A stretch of DNA of 45,883 bases from assembly GCA_937936325.1 (NCBI GenBank), contig CALGWV010000018.1:1-45883 (forward strand), read 5' to 3'. Below the pieces are notes generated by a model that saw nothing but the letters and a program-made list of their open reading frames with translations, had not been told where the DNA came from and did no database searches. Below are positions 9,507-19,620 of this stretch, piece by piece. The position numbers were made by a program, and so were the translations under genes. This DNA is from an uncultured Bdellovibrionales bacterium. GTDB lineage: Bacteria > Bdellovibrionota > Bdellovibrionia > Bdellovibrionales > UBA1609. Each line of letters opens with the position of its first letter. The stretch's first letter is position 1.

Positions 9507-10379
9507 ATGTGCCGATATCAAATAATGCGTCTGTTATGTTTTTTAGTTTTATTATTGGGGCCTTATTGGGCTCTGGCCGAAAGTCTATGTAAAAATAAGC
9601 TGAGCTTTCTTGAAACTAATGATGATTTTCTTTACTTATTTATTTCAGATGACTTTGGGTACACCCATGAGCTAGATCTTTCTTATGAAAGGATTTGTCC
9701 TGATTCTTTGAGCTGGAGAGTGGGGGTGAATGCGGCTCTTTATACTTTGGTAGAGTTTAATAGAAATCCTCCAGATGGTTTTGATCGTTCTATTTATTTA
9801 TGGGATTGGACAAGTCTAGATTTTGATGTAAAAAAAAATTACAATAGAGCTTCAAGTTATACAGAACAGAGTTTAAATTTTGGTTTAAGCCTTGGCTTTG
9901 GCTCTAATAATCGAGGCCTGGGCTACCTTCAGCAGAAATTCTTTCACGCTTTTATTAATCTCTTTTTTGAGCCTCCGATTTATGAATATCTTTATGGATC
10001 TGAAATTAACTATTTTGTGGATTTGAGATTGAGGTATGATTTAAAACTTTATTTAACCGACCCCATAGAATCAAAGAGAAACTTCAAAATTTTACTTTCT
10101 CCTCAATTTACCTTCTCTAATTTGAGTGTGAGAAATGAACTCTTAGTGAGTTTTGGGGTGTCTTGGGGCGATGAGAACTTAGATATTAGAATCATGAATC
10201 ACCTCAAGCTTTATATTGATGATCTCTACAGCAATGACATTGAATTGGGGCTTGCTTATAAATGGAGTTCTTGGGCTGTGTATTTTTCATTTCTAGAGAG
10301 AATAGAGCCCCCATTTGAGCGAAATCGATATGATGATAACGAGCCTGTATTTAAGTTCGGTTTTAGTTATTATTACTAG
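9507..10379 (+). CDS. Putative outer-membrane beta-barrel, weakly LpxR/DUF2219-like
   Basis: Signal peptide (likely second Met, MRLLCFLV); ETNDD...DDFGYTHELDLSY; ends FKFGFSYYY. Confidence 0.55.
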   Translation: MCRYQIMRLLCFLVLLLGPYWALAESLCKNKLSFLETNDDFLYLFISDDFGYTHELDLSYERICPDSLSWRVGVNAALYTLVEFNRNPPDGFDRSIYLWDWTSLDFDVKKNYNRASSYTEQSLNFGLSLGFGSNNRGLGYLQQKFFHAFINLFFEPPIYEYLYGSEINYFVDLRLRYDLKLYLTDPIESKRNFKILLSPQFTFSNLSVRNELLVSFGVSWGDENLDIRIMNHLKLYIDDLYSNDIELGLAYKWSSWAVYFSFLERIEPPFERNRYDDNEPVFKFGFSYYY

Positions 10380-10453
10380 GCTCTATTTTTTCTCTAAAAA
10401 TTTTTCTTTACGGCCCCAATCTAATGGTATTCATTCCAGACTTGTGATATTTC

Positions 10454-11812
10454 ATGACAATGATTGAAAAAACAGTACATTTTACCTCTTTAGGCTGCTC
10501 TAAAAATCTTGTAGATTCCCAGGTGATGTTGGGCCGTCTCTATGATAAAGGTTTTCGTGTTGAAGAAAACCCAGAGTTAGCAGAAGCCATTATCGTAAAC
10601 ACCTGCGCCTTTATTGAAAGTGCAAAAGATGAGTCCATTCAAACCATAATAAAAATGGCTGAGATAAAGTCAGATGAGACGGCCCTAGTGGTGTCTGGGT
10701 GTTTGGCTCAACGTTATCCTGTAGAGCTTGAAAAAGAATTCCCTGAAGTGGATCTGTTTATTGGAACCGGTGAGTATCATAAAGTCTATCAACTTCTAGA
10801 AGCTCGTAAAGAGGGCTCTCTTGAGAAAAAGTCATTTGTTGAAATCCCAAAATACATTCATACCGAATTCGACTCCCGAGTTTCAACAACACCTTCCTAT
10901 ATGGCTTGGCTCAAAGTCTCAGAAGGTTGTGACCGAAAATGCACTTTTTGTATTATCCCAAGTCTCAGGGGCCAGCTCCGCAGTCGCAGTGTAGAGTCAC
11001 TGATTGTGGAAACAAAAAGACTGATTGCACAAGGTGTGGGTGAGATCAATTTAATCTCGCAAGATCTCTCCTCTTATGGGGCAGACCTGGGAGAAGACCA
11101 AAATTTAGTCAGCTTGATTGAAGCTTTTGAATCTATAGAGAATCTCAAATGGGTGAGACTGTTTTATCATTATCCAGATGAGTTGAGTGATGAAGTGATT
11201 GCGGCCTTAAAAGCCTCGACTAAAGTAGTTCATTATTTGGATATGCCCGTACAACATATTAACACTCAAATTTTAAAAAGGATGAACAGAAAAATCACTT
11301 CTGAAAAAATGAAAGAGCGCATCGCAGAGCTTAAAAAGAGTTTGCCTGATATCGTTTTAAGAAGTTCAGTGATTGTAGGTTTTCCTGGAGAAACTCCTGA
11401 GCAATTTTTAGAGCTTTGTAAGTTCGTAAAAGAGGTCCAGTTTGATCATCTCGGTGTTTTTAAATATTCCGATGAAGAAGGCACTCCCGCTTACCGCTTG
11501 CCAGATAAAAACTCCCAGGACGTCATTGATGAGAGATTTGATGAAATCTATAAAATTCAAAAACAGGTCGTCCACCAAAAAAATCAAAGTTGGGTGGGCA
11601 AAACTGTGGAAGTTCTAGTAGAAGGAGAACACCCAGAAACAGAACTCCTCATTTCTGGGCGCCACTACGGCCAAGCCCCAGATATTGATGGGCAAGTGAT
11701 GATCAACGACACCCACGGCCACTCACTCAAAAGCGGCGACTTCATCAAAGTCAAAATCACAGAAGCCTTTGAGTACGATCTTGTGGGGGAGTACTTGGTG
11801 CCATCACTTTAG
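10454..11812 (+). CDS. rimO: Ribosomal protein S12 methylthiotransferase RimO
   Basis: SLGCSKNLVDS, NTCAFIESA, radical SAM CDRKCTFC, APDIDG in TRAM domain. Confidence 0.96.
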   Translation: MTMIEKTVHFTSLGCSKNLVDSQVMLGRLYDKGFRVEENPELAEAIIVNTCAFIESAKDESIQTIIKMAEIKSDETALVVSGCLAQRYPVELEKEFPEVDLFIGTGEYHKVYQLLEARKEGSLEKKSFVEIPKYIHTEFDSRVSTTPSYMAWLKVSEGCDRKCTFCIIPSLRGQLRSRSVESLIVETKRLIAQGVGEINLISQDLSSYGADLGEDQNLVSLIEAFESIENLKWVRLFYHYPDELSDEVIAALKASTKVVHYLDMPVQHINTQILKRMNRKITSEKMKERIAELKKSLPDIVLRSSVIVGFPGETPEQFLELCKFVKEVQFDHLGVFKYSDEEGTPAYRLPDKNSQDVIDERFDEIYKIQKQVVHQKNQSWVGKTVEVLVEGEHPETELLISGRHYGQAPDIDGQVMINDTHGHSLKSGDFIKVKITEAFEYDLVGEYLVPSL

Positions 11813-11912
11813 AGGCTCAGGTTATTGTAAATACGATAGAAATAGTACTTTATTGTAAAATTTTTAAAAAGAAACTTTCCCAAAAACCTGTTTCATGATA
11901 GACACATGAGCT

Positions 11913-13250
11913 ATGAAAAATATTAAGAAATACATCTTAAAAACCATCACTTACACGCTATTTTTGAACTTCACTGGTGTCCTCGTTTTGGCTAATGTAG
12001 ACGATACCGGTTCTGGCAAGCCTTGTAAGTTCGATTTTATACTAAATCTAGAGCGAGCTCTACCTATAGAAAGTGCTTTAAGGCAGCAGGCTGTTGCAGA
12101 AGACCTCGAGGCTAGAGATCAGAGCTCTGCCACAGGTTTACCTTTAGGACAGAACGCCTTAGCCATTAATGTTATAAACGCTCGTAACCTAGCTGATCCT
12201 GCCGTTATTGATCGTTTATCCCTGATCGGAATAGAAGCCGCAAAAGTCTCATCAATTATAAGAGCAGGCGAATTTTTAGTTCTAACAGATATGGGGCCGA
12301 GCCTTTGGGAGCATGAAAGCTTTAATGCCTGGATGGGCTTGAGACCAACAGGAATGCTTACCGAAATGAGCACGGCTCATGAGCAGGTCGAGTATATAGG
12401 AGTTGTTCCTGAACATGCCCACCCTGGTTTATCTCCAGAACTTGTAGCCATGATGAGTGAGTCTTTCAACGTGAATATGAATGTGTTTTTAGAACAAGGT
12501 GCCTCCTCCATTAACAAAGATGCAGAAGATGAAGTTTTTGAGTACCTCTTTGGTAGCGTTGTTAGAAGAACGAGTAGGCAGGTCATTGAGTCTGAAAGAA
12601 GAAATACAGTGCGATTCCCATGGGGGGCTGGTATTGAATTTGCGGAACACAATGGTATGGATCCAGAATTAGCTCTTGGGGTGGTCGCTACTTTAGCTCG
12701 ATTCTCTTTAGTCGATAATCTGATATTCCAAAACCAAAGTGGCGACATGGTTAGAGTAAAAGATGCTCTGGACTTTGATTCTCGAATTTTTTTAGCAAGA
12801 GTTCCAAGTATGTCTATATTAGGACCTGTTCTGAGTGAGCTTCCAATAATCTTGAATCCATATCATATAGTAGCTGGACACTTGGAAAGCTTTGAGTTGC
12901 CAATTCATACTCAAAATATTATGGGCCAGGAGGTCTTTTTTAAGCCTCAGGTAAAAAAGCAAAAAACAGAGCTGGATTTCACCCCTGAGTTATTCTGGCG
13001 TGCAGACGTAGACAGAAATATTTATGATGATGTTGCGGAACCTATTAGAGATAAAATAAGTTCAGACGTATCAGAGCTATTTAAAGATTTCGTAGAGCAA
13101 CATTTCTCCGGCTTGTTACACAGGCCTCAAATTTCTTTTGAACTCAGAGAGAGGGATCCTTCTATGGTCGAAGTTTACGCACACATTGAAGGCTTAACAG
13201 AAGGCGAAAAGGCCCTCTTTGCCTATTATATTACCTCAGTAAAAAACTAA
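11913..13250 (+). CDS. Hypothetical secreted protein
   Basis: 445-aa ORF with N-terminal signal-like segment; no recognised family. Confidence 0.72.
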   Translation: MKNIKKYILKTITYTLFLNFTGVLVLANVDDTGSGKPCKFDFILNLERALPIESALRQQAVAEDLEARDQSSATGLPLGQNALAINVINARNLADPAVIDRLSLIGIEAAKVSSIIRAGEFLVLTDMGPSLWEHESFNAWMGLRPTGMLTEMSTAHEQVEYIGVVPEHAHPGLSPELVAMMSESFNVNMNVFLEQGASSINKDAEDEVFEYLFGSVVRRTSRQVIESERRNTVRFPWGAGIEFAEHNGMDPELALGVVATLARFSLVDNLIFQNQSGDMVRVKDALDFDSRIFLARVPSMSILGPVLSELPIILNPYHIVAGHLESFELPIHTQNIMGQEVFFKPQVKKQKTELDFTPELFWRADVDRNIYDDVAEPIRDKISSDVSELFKDFVEQHFSGLLHRPQISFELRERDPSMVEVYAHIEGLTEGEKALFAYYITSVKN

Positions 13251-13341
13251 CAGTTTAAGCCTCTTTATCCTTGCCCGAGTCACATCTCTATTTGAAACTT
13301 TGGTGCCAGTCCTCTTTTGAGTATGTGGAGCGTTATTAGAA

Positions 13342-15468
13342 TCAGCCGATTTTAGCTAGCTCAAAGTCTTGTTTGAACTTTTCTAGCCTTGCTTTGAGCT
13401 TTTGATTTTTGGGGAGACTCACATTGGGGTCTTCTTTTAAAATCTCAAAGGCTGTCTCTCTTGCCGCATAAAGAGCTTTTGTGTGTGTCAATAGATTGGC
13501 AAACTTAAACCCAGGAAGGCCCGACTGTTTGGCTCCGAGATACTCACCAGGGCCTCGAAGTAACAGATCCTGTTCTGAAATGTAAAAACCGTCAGTACTT
13601 TTTTCCATAATTTTAGCGCGCTCAATTGAAACCTTTGAAAGCTGCTCTCCGAGCATTAAAAAACAATAGCTTTGGTGCTGGCCTCGCCCCACTCGACCTC
13701 GTAGCTGATGGAGTTGTGAGAGCCCAAATCTTTCAGAGTGTTCAATAATAATTATGTTAGCGTTAGGCACGTCTACACCCACTTCCACAATAGTGGTGGC
13801 CACTAGAACATCGAAATCGTGGTTTTTAAATTTAGCCATGAGTTCATCTTTTTCTGCTGGTTTAAGTTTGCCATGAATGAGTCCAATTCTAAATTCAGGA
13901 AGCTGCTCTTCTAGCCAGTTTTTATGATCGGTGACATTTTTGAGATCTAGATTTTCGCTTTCTTCCACCAAAGGGCAGACCACATAAGCTTGGCGTCCTT
14001 GTTGAAGTTGTTGTTTTAAAAATGTGTAAGTGTCTTTGCGTCCTGATTCAAAATACTTTTTAGTTTTGATAGGCTGCCTCCCAGGAGGGAGCTCATCAAT
14101 CACTGAAATATCTAATTCTCCGTACACGGTCATGGAAAGTGTTCTGGGTATGGGTGTTGCTGTCATGACTAAAAAGTGAGGTTCCGCATTTTTGTTTTTA
14201 AGTTTTAATTGTTGTCTTTGAAAGACGCCAAAGCGGTGCTGCTCATCAATGATAACAAGTCCAAGTTGATCAAAATCCACAGTGTCTTGGATTAAAGCAT
14301 GGGTGCCCACCACAAATTGAATTTCTCCAGAGGCCAGTTTAGATTTAATATTTTTTTGCTCTGAAGTCTTTTGTCCGCCAGATAAAAAACCAACATTGAT
14401 ATTAGTGTTCTTAAAAAGCGTGAGTGTGTTTTGATAGTGTTGATTTGCGAGTATCTCAGTGGGCGCCATCAGTGCAACTTGTGATCCGGCCTCGATCACC
14501 TTGAGGCTGCAAATTTGTGCGACCAGTGTTTTTCCACTGCCCACATCTCCTTGCAGCAGGCGTGTCATGGGGTGGTTTTGTTTTAAGTCCTCTTCAATTT
14601 CAGTGAGCACTCTTGTTTGTGCCGTTGTGAGAGTGAAATTGATTTCATTCAATATTTTTTGTTTTTGTTGAGCTACAATAGGAAAACCTTGGGAGCTCGC
14701 TTTTTTAATATGTTGTTTTTTAAAAGCCAGCTTCAACTCCATATCAAAGAATTCACCAAAGATGAGGCGTTTATGATAAGGGGACTCTTCCTGGTTCAGC
14801 TGTGAGCCACGCCTTGGGTCTGGCTTATGTAAAGCATTAAGTGAAGTCCACCAATCGGGGAGATTAAACTTTTCCAGTATCCACTTTGGTAAGGGTTCCG
14901 GAAAATCATCGGCTTGAACCTTTTTGTAGTTTTCTTCAAGGCTTTTAATTGTGACATCGACTAGCTTTCTGATTTTAGTATTTGAGATGCCGTAGGGCTC
15001 TGTATAAATGGGGATCAGTTCAAGTTCGGGGTCAGCAGCATTAGTATCACCTTCTTGAAGCACTTTCATCTCGGGGTGATTGAACTCAAGTCGATTTTTG
15101 TAGGCACTCACTTTACCGATCACTTCGATGGCTTGTCCTGCAGAGAACTGATCAAAAAAACCTTTATAAGGATTTCTAAAAAACTTACACGAAATCACAC
15201 CCGATGAGTCTCTTATCTCAACACTATAAAAACTTCGTCTAGGCCCCATGGCTACTTTTTGGTACCGAATAAATTGAGCTTTGATACGAACAGAGTCTCC
15301 GGCGGCAAGACTTGCGATATTGCGACCGAGTCTGCGGTCTTGGTACTCTCTTGGTATAAACTCAACAAGGTCTTTGGCTTTATAAAGGCCCGCCTTATTA
15401 AACAATCCTCCGAGACCGGGCCCCACACCTTTTACAAACTGGATATCAGAATCTAGATACAACCCCAT
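13342..15468 (-). CDS. recG: ATP-dependent DNA helicase RecG
   Basis: RLLQGDVGSGKT, DEQHRFG, MTATPIPRTL, QLRGRVGRG; N-terminal wedge domain. Confidence 0.97.
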   Translation of the reverse strand: MGLYLDSDIQFVKGVGPGLGGLFNKAGLYKAKDLVEFIPREYQDRRLGRNIASLAAGDSVRIKAQFIRYQKVAMGPRRSFYSVEIRDSSGVISCKFFRNPYKGFFDQFSAGQAIEVIGKVSAYKNRLEFNHPEMKVLQEGDTNAADPELELIPIYTEPYGISNTKIRKLVDVTIKSLEENYKKVQADDFPEPLPKWILEKFNLPDWWTSLNALHKPDPRRGSQLNQEESPYHKRLIFGEFFDMELKLAFKKQHIKKASSQGFPIVAQQKQKILNEINFTLTTAQTRVLTEIEEDLKQNHPMTRLLQGDVGSGKTLVAQICSLKVIEAGSQVALMAPTEILANQHYQNTLTLFKNTNINVGFLSGGQKTSEQKNIKSKLASGEIQFVVGTHALIQDTVDFDQLGLVIIDEQHRFGVFQRQQLKLKNKNAEPHFLVMTATPIPRTLSMTVYGELDISVIDELPPGRQPIKTKKYFESGRKDTYTFLKQQLQQGRQAYVVCPLVEESENLDLKNVTDHKNWLEEQLPEFRIGLIHGKLKPAEKDELMAKFKNHDFDVLVATTIVEVGVDVPNANIIIIEHSERFGLSQLHQLRGRVGRGQHQSYCFLMLGEQLSKVSIERAKIMEKSTDGFYISEQDLLLRGPGEYLGAKQSGLPGFKFANLLTHTKALYAARETAFEILKEDPNVSLPKNQKLKARLEKFKQDFELAKIG

Positions 15469-15478
15469 GCTAAAAAAT

Positions 15479-16954
15479 CTAAGATTTTGGTTTCATAGTG
15501 GGGAAGAGCAAAATATCTTTAATAGAGCTTTGATCTGTAAGAAGCATAATGATACGCTCCACCCCTATGCCTACGCCCCCTGTGGGTGGCATGCCCACTT
15601 CAATGGCTTTAATAAAGTCATCATCCATGGGTTGAGCTTCTTCATCTACTAGACGTTGGCTTTCTTGCTCTTTAAGGCGAGCCAGTTGCTCCACTGGATC
15701 GTTGAGCTCGGTGTAAGCGTTCCCGATTTCCATGCCAGCACACACAGGTTCAAAACGCTCGACTAAACCTTTTTCCGTGCGGTGGTCTTTAGTGAGCGGT
15801 GAGATCTCTTTAGGGTGATCGATTATAAATGTGGGGTTCCAAATTTTGGGTTCTACATAATAATCAAAAAGCTCCATAACCAGTTGTCCGTGGGCTTTGT
15901 TTTTGGTTTCATATTTAGGGTCCACTTTAGTCACTTCTGAAGCCAAATCAGAAACACTCATTTGTTTCACATCCAGATCTGCATATTTTTTTAATGAATC
16001 ATAAACACTTAGGCGCTCCCAAGGTGTGGTGAAGTCCAGTTCTTTTTCTTGATAGGTGATTGTTGTAGTTCCGTGCACTTTCTCACAGAGGTGTGAGATT
16101 AACTCTTCAAACTGAAGCATCTGATCTTTGTAATCAGTGTAGGATTCATAGTACTCAAGCATGGTGAACTCAGGGTTGTGAGAGCGGTCGATGCCTTCGT
16201 TTCTAAAATTTTTACCAATTTCGTAAACCTTTTCAAAGCCACCTACGATAAGTCTTTTTAAATAGAGTTCTGGGCTGATTTTTAGATAAAGAGGAATGTC
16301 CAAGGCCCTGTGATGAGTTTTAAAAGGATAAGCTGATGCTCCTCCGTAAATAGGTTGCAAGACGGGTGTCTCCACTTCCATAAAGCCTTTGTTGTCTAAA
16401 AATTGTCGTATAGAGCGAATAATCATGGAGCGCACTTCAAAGAGTTTCCGGCTGTCTTCGCTCATGACCAAATCAAGGTAGCGCCTTCTGTATTTCGTTT
16501 CGACATCACTTAAGCCGTGATATTTTTCTGGGAGTGGCTCTAGGCTTTTACAAAGTATTTTAAGATCTGTAACCCTTAATGTGGCTTCGCCCTTACGGGT
16601 TTTAAAAACATAGCCTTCTACGCCGATAAAATCACCGATGTCCAACAAAGGAAATAAATTTTGTTGTTCTTCAGAAACTTCCGCAAGTTTAATATAGCAC
16701 TGGTTTTTTCCAGATTGGTCTTGAATGTTAAAAAAAGCCGCTTTGCCCATGGGCCTTTTCGTCATAAGACGTCCGGCTAATATGAGCGTTTCAGTTTCAA
16801 GAGATTCACCTTCGGATAAAGCTTCTGCACGAGGAGAGATTTCATTGCAATGATTCTTTTTTATAAATTCATGGGGATAAGGATCTATTCCTAATTTTTT
16901 GATTTCTTCAAGTTTGCGGAGTTTTTCGTCTCTAATCGGATTCGTGTCAGTCAT
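15479..16954 (-). CDS. lysS: Lysine--tRNA ligase (class II)
   Basis: OB fold, FRNEGIDRSHNPEFTMLE, GMPPTGGVGIGVER. Confidence 0.98.
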   Translation of the reverse strand: MTDTNPIRDEKLRKLEEIKKLGIDPYPHEFIKKNHCNEISPRAEALSEGESLETETLILAGRLMTKRPMGKAAFFNIQDQSGKNQCYIKLAEVSEEQQNLFPLLDIGDFIGVEGYVFKTRKGEATLRVTDLKILCKSLEPLPEKYHGLSDVETKYRRRYLDLVMSEDSRKLFEVRSMIIRSIRQFLDNKGFMEVETPVLQPIYGGASAYPFKTHHRALDIPLYLKISPELYLKRLIVGGFEKVYEIGKNFRNEGIDRSHNPEFTMLEYYESYTDYKDQMLQFEELISHLCEKVHGTTTITYQEKELDFTTPWERLSVYDSLKKYADLDVKQMSVSDLASEVTKVDPKYETKNKAHGQLVMELFDYYVEPKIWNPTFIIDHPKEISPLTKDHRTEKGLVERFEPVCAGMEIGNAYTELNDPVEQLARLKEQESQRLVDEEAQPMDDDFIKAIEVGMPPTGGVGIGVERIIMLLTDQSSIKDILLFPTMKPKS

Positions 16955-16968
16955 ATCACAGCCTTAGT

Positions 16969-17001
16969 AAAAACCCAGATCCGTGGATCTGGGCAAAAAA
17001 A
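16969..17001 (-). terminator. GC-rich hairpin with U-tract just upstream of lysS
   Basis: CCCAGATCC-GT-GGATCTGGG (16974-16993), followed by TTTTT on the minus strand. Confidence 0.5.
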
Positions 17002-17331
17002 GAATTATAATCTACATTTCTTATCTGTGTCGAGACTGATTTTGCTTAAAGTGTGGGTTCAATTAAAATTCCTGCTCATTTTTTTAAGTATGATGATTCT
17101 AAAGCCTAAAATGGAGAGTTTTATTTTTTAATATAAGAGGTAACTTTGAAAAATTTAGTAAATAAGCCTTTAAACTCTATATCAGAAAACTTCTCTTTCT
17201 GTCTCTTGAAGTAGGTAAGGTTGAGTTTACGGCCTTCAAGTCTTTGTTCATTCAAAGTTCCAACCTCAAAGCTATACATAGAAATACGATGAAAAATGTC
17301 AGCCCCGGAGCGAGCTTCAAAATTTTTAATA

Positions 17332-17513
17332 GAGACTGTGGAAGATTTATTTGTCCAAACGAGAAAAGCAGCTCACGAGAAAGTAGATTGCCCACTGAGA
17401 AAATTAAATGAAGGCTTAGTTGTGCTCAGATCAGATTTTAATTTTGTCAGTGGGCAATCTAGTTTTGACTTGAAATGTTTTTTGTAGTGGAGAAACGAAT
17501 CTTCCACAGCCCC
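17332..17513. mobile_element. Family-2 MITE-like element, copy 1
   Basis: 26-bp terminal inverted repeats (21/26 match), TA on both flanks, internal 25-bp stem 17384-17408/17437-17461; homologous to 19621-19785. Confidence 0.8.
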
Positions 17514-17516
17514 TAG

Positions 17517-18224
17517 TTAAAAAGAAACTTCAAAAAAATTTCTGATCAGAGTTTGGAGCTCATTTTTAGTAAATGGGTAAGGACCTTTTTTGTAACATTC
17601 TAGATTTAACTTATGTCCATTTAGCATATTTTCTGAAAGAGAGCCAACTTCAAAAACATATTTACTGACGCTATAATTTTTCTTTAAGGTAGTTGGGAGT
17701 CTGAAAATATTTGTACTGCCTAGATGGTGCTCAGTGCTAAATGAAGTCGCTTCTGGAATAACATAAGGAGTTTGCTCTAAGTTTTTATTTTCAACTAGAA
17801 TTCGAACTTGGCAATAGGGTTTCATTTTTCTAAAAAAACAGGGTGAGAAGATTTTACTTTGAGAACATCCAAACTCGGCAGCAAGTTGAACCTGGCTTAA
17901 AATATTTTCATTATAAAATAAGTTTCTAGCATCAGAATTTGAAAAGTAAGTACTAGGTTTTTGGCCTGTAAGTTCCAAACTATAAGTTTGATCTAAGGTC
18001 CAAGGGGTAATGTTTGAGAAAACAAAAACTTTATTTTTGTCAAAAAGCTTGTAGTAAGTTCTTGTGGGTTCATAAGTGGAGTTTATGAGTTCAGAAACAG
18101 AAGGAAGAAAATCTGTCCAAGTGAGCTCAGCTTTAGAGGCGGTGGTAAACTTTAGCAATAAGAAAAAGCAGAAAAAACTCTGAATAGTAATGGCTTTAAT
18201 ACTCACCACAATAAACCCCAACAA
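17517..18224 (-). CDS. Hypothetical secreted protein
   Basis: Signal-like N-terminus; overlaps aldolase stop; GTG at 18206 is an alternative start. Confidence 0.62.
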   Translation of the reverse strand: MLGFIVVSIKAITIQSFFCFFLLLKFTTASKAELTWTDFLPSVSELINSTYEPTRTYYKLFDKNKVFVFSNITPWTLDQTYSLELTGQKPSTYFSNSDARNLFYNENILSQVQLAAEFGCSQSKIFSPCFFRKMKPYCQVRILVENKNLEQTPYVIPEATSFSTEHHLGSTNIFRLPTTLKKNYSVSKYVFEVGSLSENMLNGHKLNLECYKKGPYPFTKNELQTLIRNFFEVSF

Positions 18225-19119
18225 TATCTTTTAATAATTCAATAGCTTCAGCTTTTGGTCTTTGAAAAGCATTCCGACCCATGATGCTTCCAAAAGATCC
18301 TCCTTGAGAAAGAGCCTTCACTTCTTCTAAGACCTCATCTTTGGCCTTAGCAGCGCCGCCACTAAAAATAACAATACGACGCCCGTTAAAAGCAGATCGG
18401 ATCACAAGCTTGGTTCTGTCTTCTAACGATTTCGTACGTAAGCTGAACTCATCAAATACTTTTTGAGCCACAGGCTGTTCAATAAATTCAGTAGGGGGTT
18501 TAACTTTAATAATATGAGCACCGAGTTGAGCCGCAATCTGAGCAGCATAGCTAATGACATCAATGCCAGTTTCTCCTTCTTTGGAAAGTTCTTTACCGCG
18601 GGCATAAGACCAGATCACTGTAATCAACCCAGCTTTACGAGCTTCTTTAGAGGCTTCTGCAATTTGTTCATACATGGAGTTTCTTGCGGTGCTTCCAGGG
18701 TAAATTGTAAAACCTATTCCTACACATCCTAACTCTAAGGCCGCTTCAACAGATGAAGTGAAAGCTGGTAGCGGGGATTCTGAATTTGAGAACAAAGAGT
18801 CAGAGTTATTGATCTTTAGAATTAAAGGTATTTCACCGGCAAAGCGAGCTGCTCCTGCTTTTAAAAAGCCGTAAGGAGCGGCATAGGCTGAGCAACCGGT
18901 TTCAATGGCTAATTCATAATGATATAAAGGATCATATGCATCTGGATTTATAGCAAAAGAGCGAATAGGGCCATGTTCAAAACCTTGGTCTACAGGTAGG
19001 ATAAGCATTTTTCCAGTACCAGCTAAGCCCCCATGATTCATAATACGAGCCAGATTTGTTAAAACGCCTGGGGTTTCAGAATCATACCAACTTAAAATTT
19101 CGCGGACTCGAGGGCTCAT
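18196..19119 (-). CDS. fbaB: Class I fructose-bisphosphate aldolase (DhnA/FbaB family)
   Basis: ILPVDQGFEHGP, GFTIYPGS, AHIIKVK, GSIMGRNAFQRP; AAGGAG RBS. Confidence 0.93.
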   Translation of the reverse strand: MSPRVREILSWYDSETPGVLTNLARIMNHGGLAGTGKMLILPVDQGFEHGPIRSFAINPDAYDPLYHYELAIETGCSAYAAPYGFLKAGAARFAGEIPLILKINNSDSLFSNSESPLPAFTSSVEAALELGCVGIGFTIYPGSTARNSMYEQIAEASKEARKAGLITVIWSYARGKELSKEGETGIDVISYAAQIAAQLGAHIIKVKPPTEFIEQPVAQKVFDEFSLRTKSLEDRTKLVIRSAFNGRRIVIFSGGAAKAKDEVLEEVKALSQGGSFGSIMGRNAFQRPKAEAIELLKDIVGVYCGEY

Positions 19120-19201
19120 AATTTCTCCTTAATAGTACAGTTCTTTATATATAGACATAAAACTGTTGGAACAAAAGGGCAATCTCGTAAAAAAGAGACT
19201 A

Positions 19202-19438
19202 GAGGCAGTTGAACATAAACTTGTATTGTACAAACAATAAAAGTCACTCACAAGAAGGCTGAGAGAACGCAGGTTGAATAAATTTTGCGCCTACTTACAA
19301 ATTTATGTTATGAGAGCGAGTATTGTTTAACTGGGGGGTATGAGGGGGATTTTATAACGCTGTATCGAATTTAGGACACGCTCTATTTTCGGTTTGAAAT
19401 TCTTTTTGCAGTGGACAAACTGAATGTTTAACGGCCCG
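19202..19438. mobile_element. Composite relic: decayed family-2 ends around a family-3 fragment
   Basis: 19386-19437 resembles family-2 right end; 19268-19383 matches 37953-38008 and the inverted end of 37893. Confidence 0.55.
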
Positions 19439-19620
19439 TAGTAGATGTTAGACCCCTTCAGGTATAACAAATCTTATTGCTACCATAGATAGTCCTTAAG
19501 TCTAATGCTGTTAAAGCTTTTCAATTAGATTTTTCCCACATAGTTTAAATGTAAGGCTTTTAGAGGGGGCGCTTTGTAAAAAGTGTATAAAAAGCTTTTA
19601 TTTTAAAGATTCTAAATTTA

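Noticed and set aside
11822-11858. TTATTGTAAA direct repeat upstream of the 11913 gene
   Set aside because: 10-bp AT-rich match, plausible by chance without conservation data.
17296-17487. 63-aa ORF
   Set aside because: Lies almost wholly in the family-2 element; no RBS or transposase motifs.
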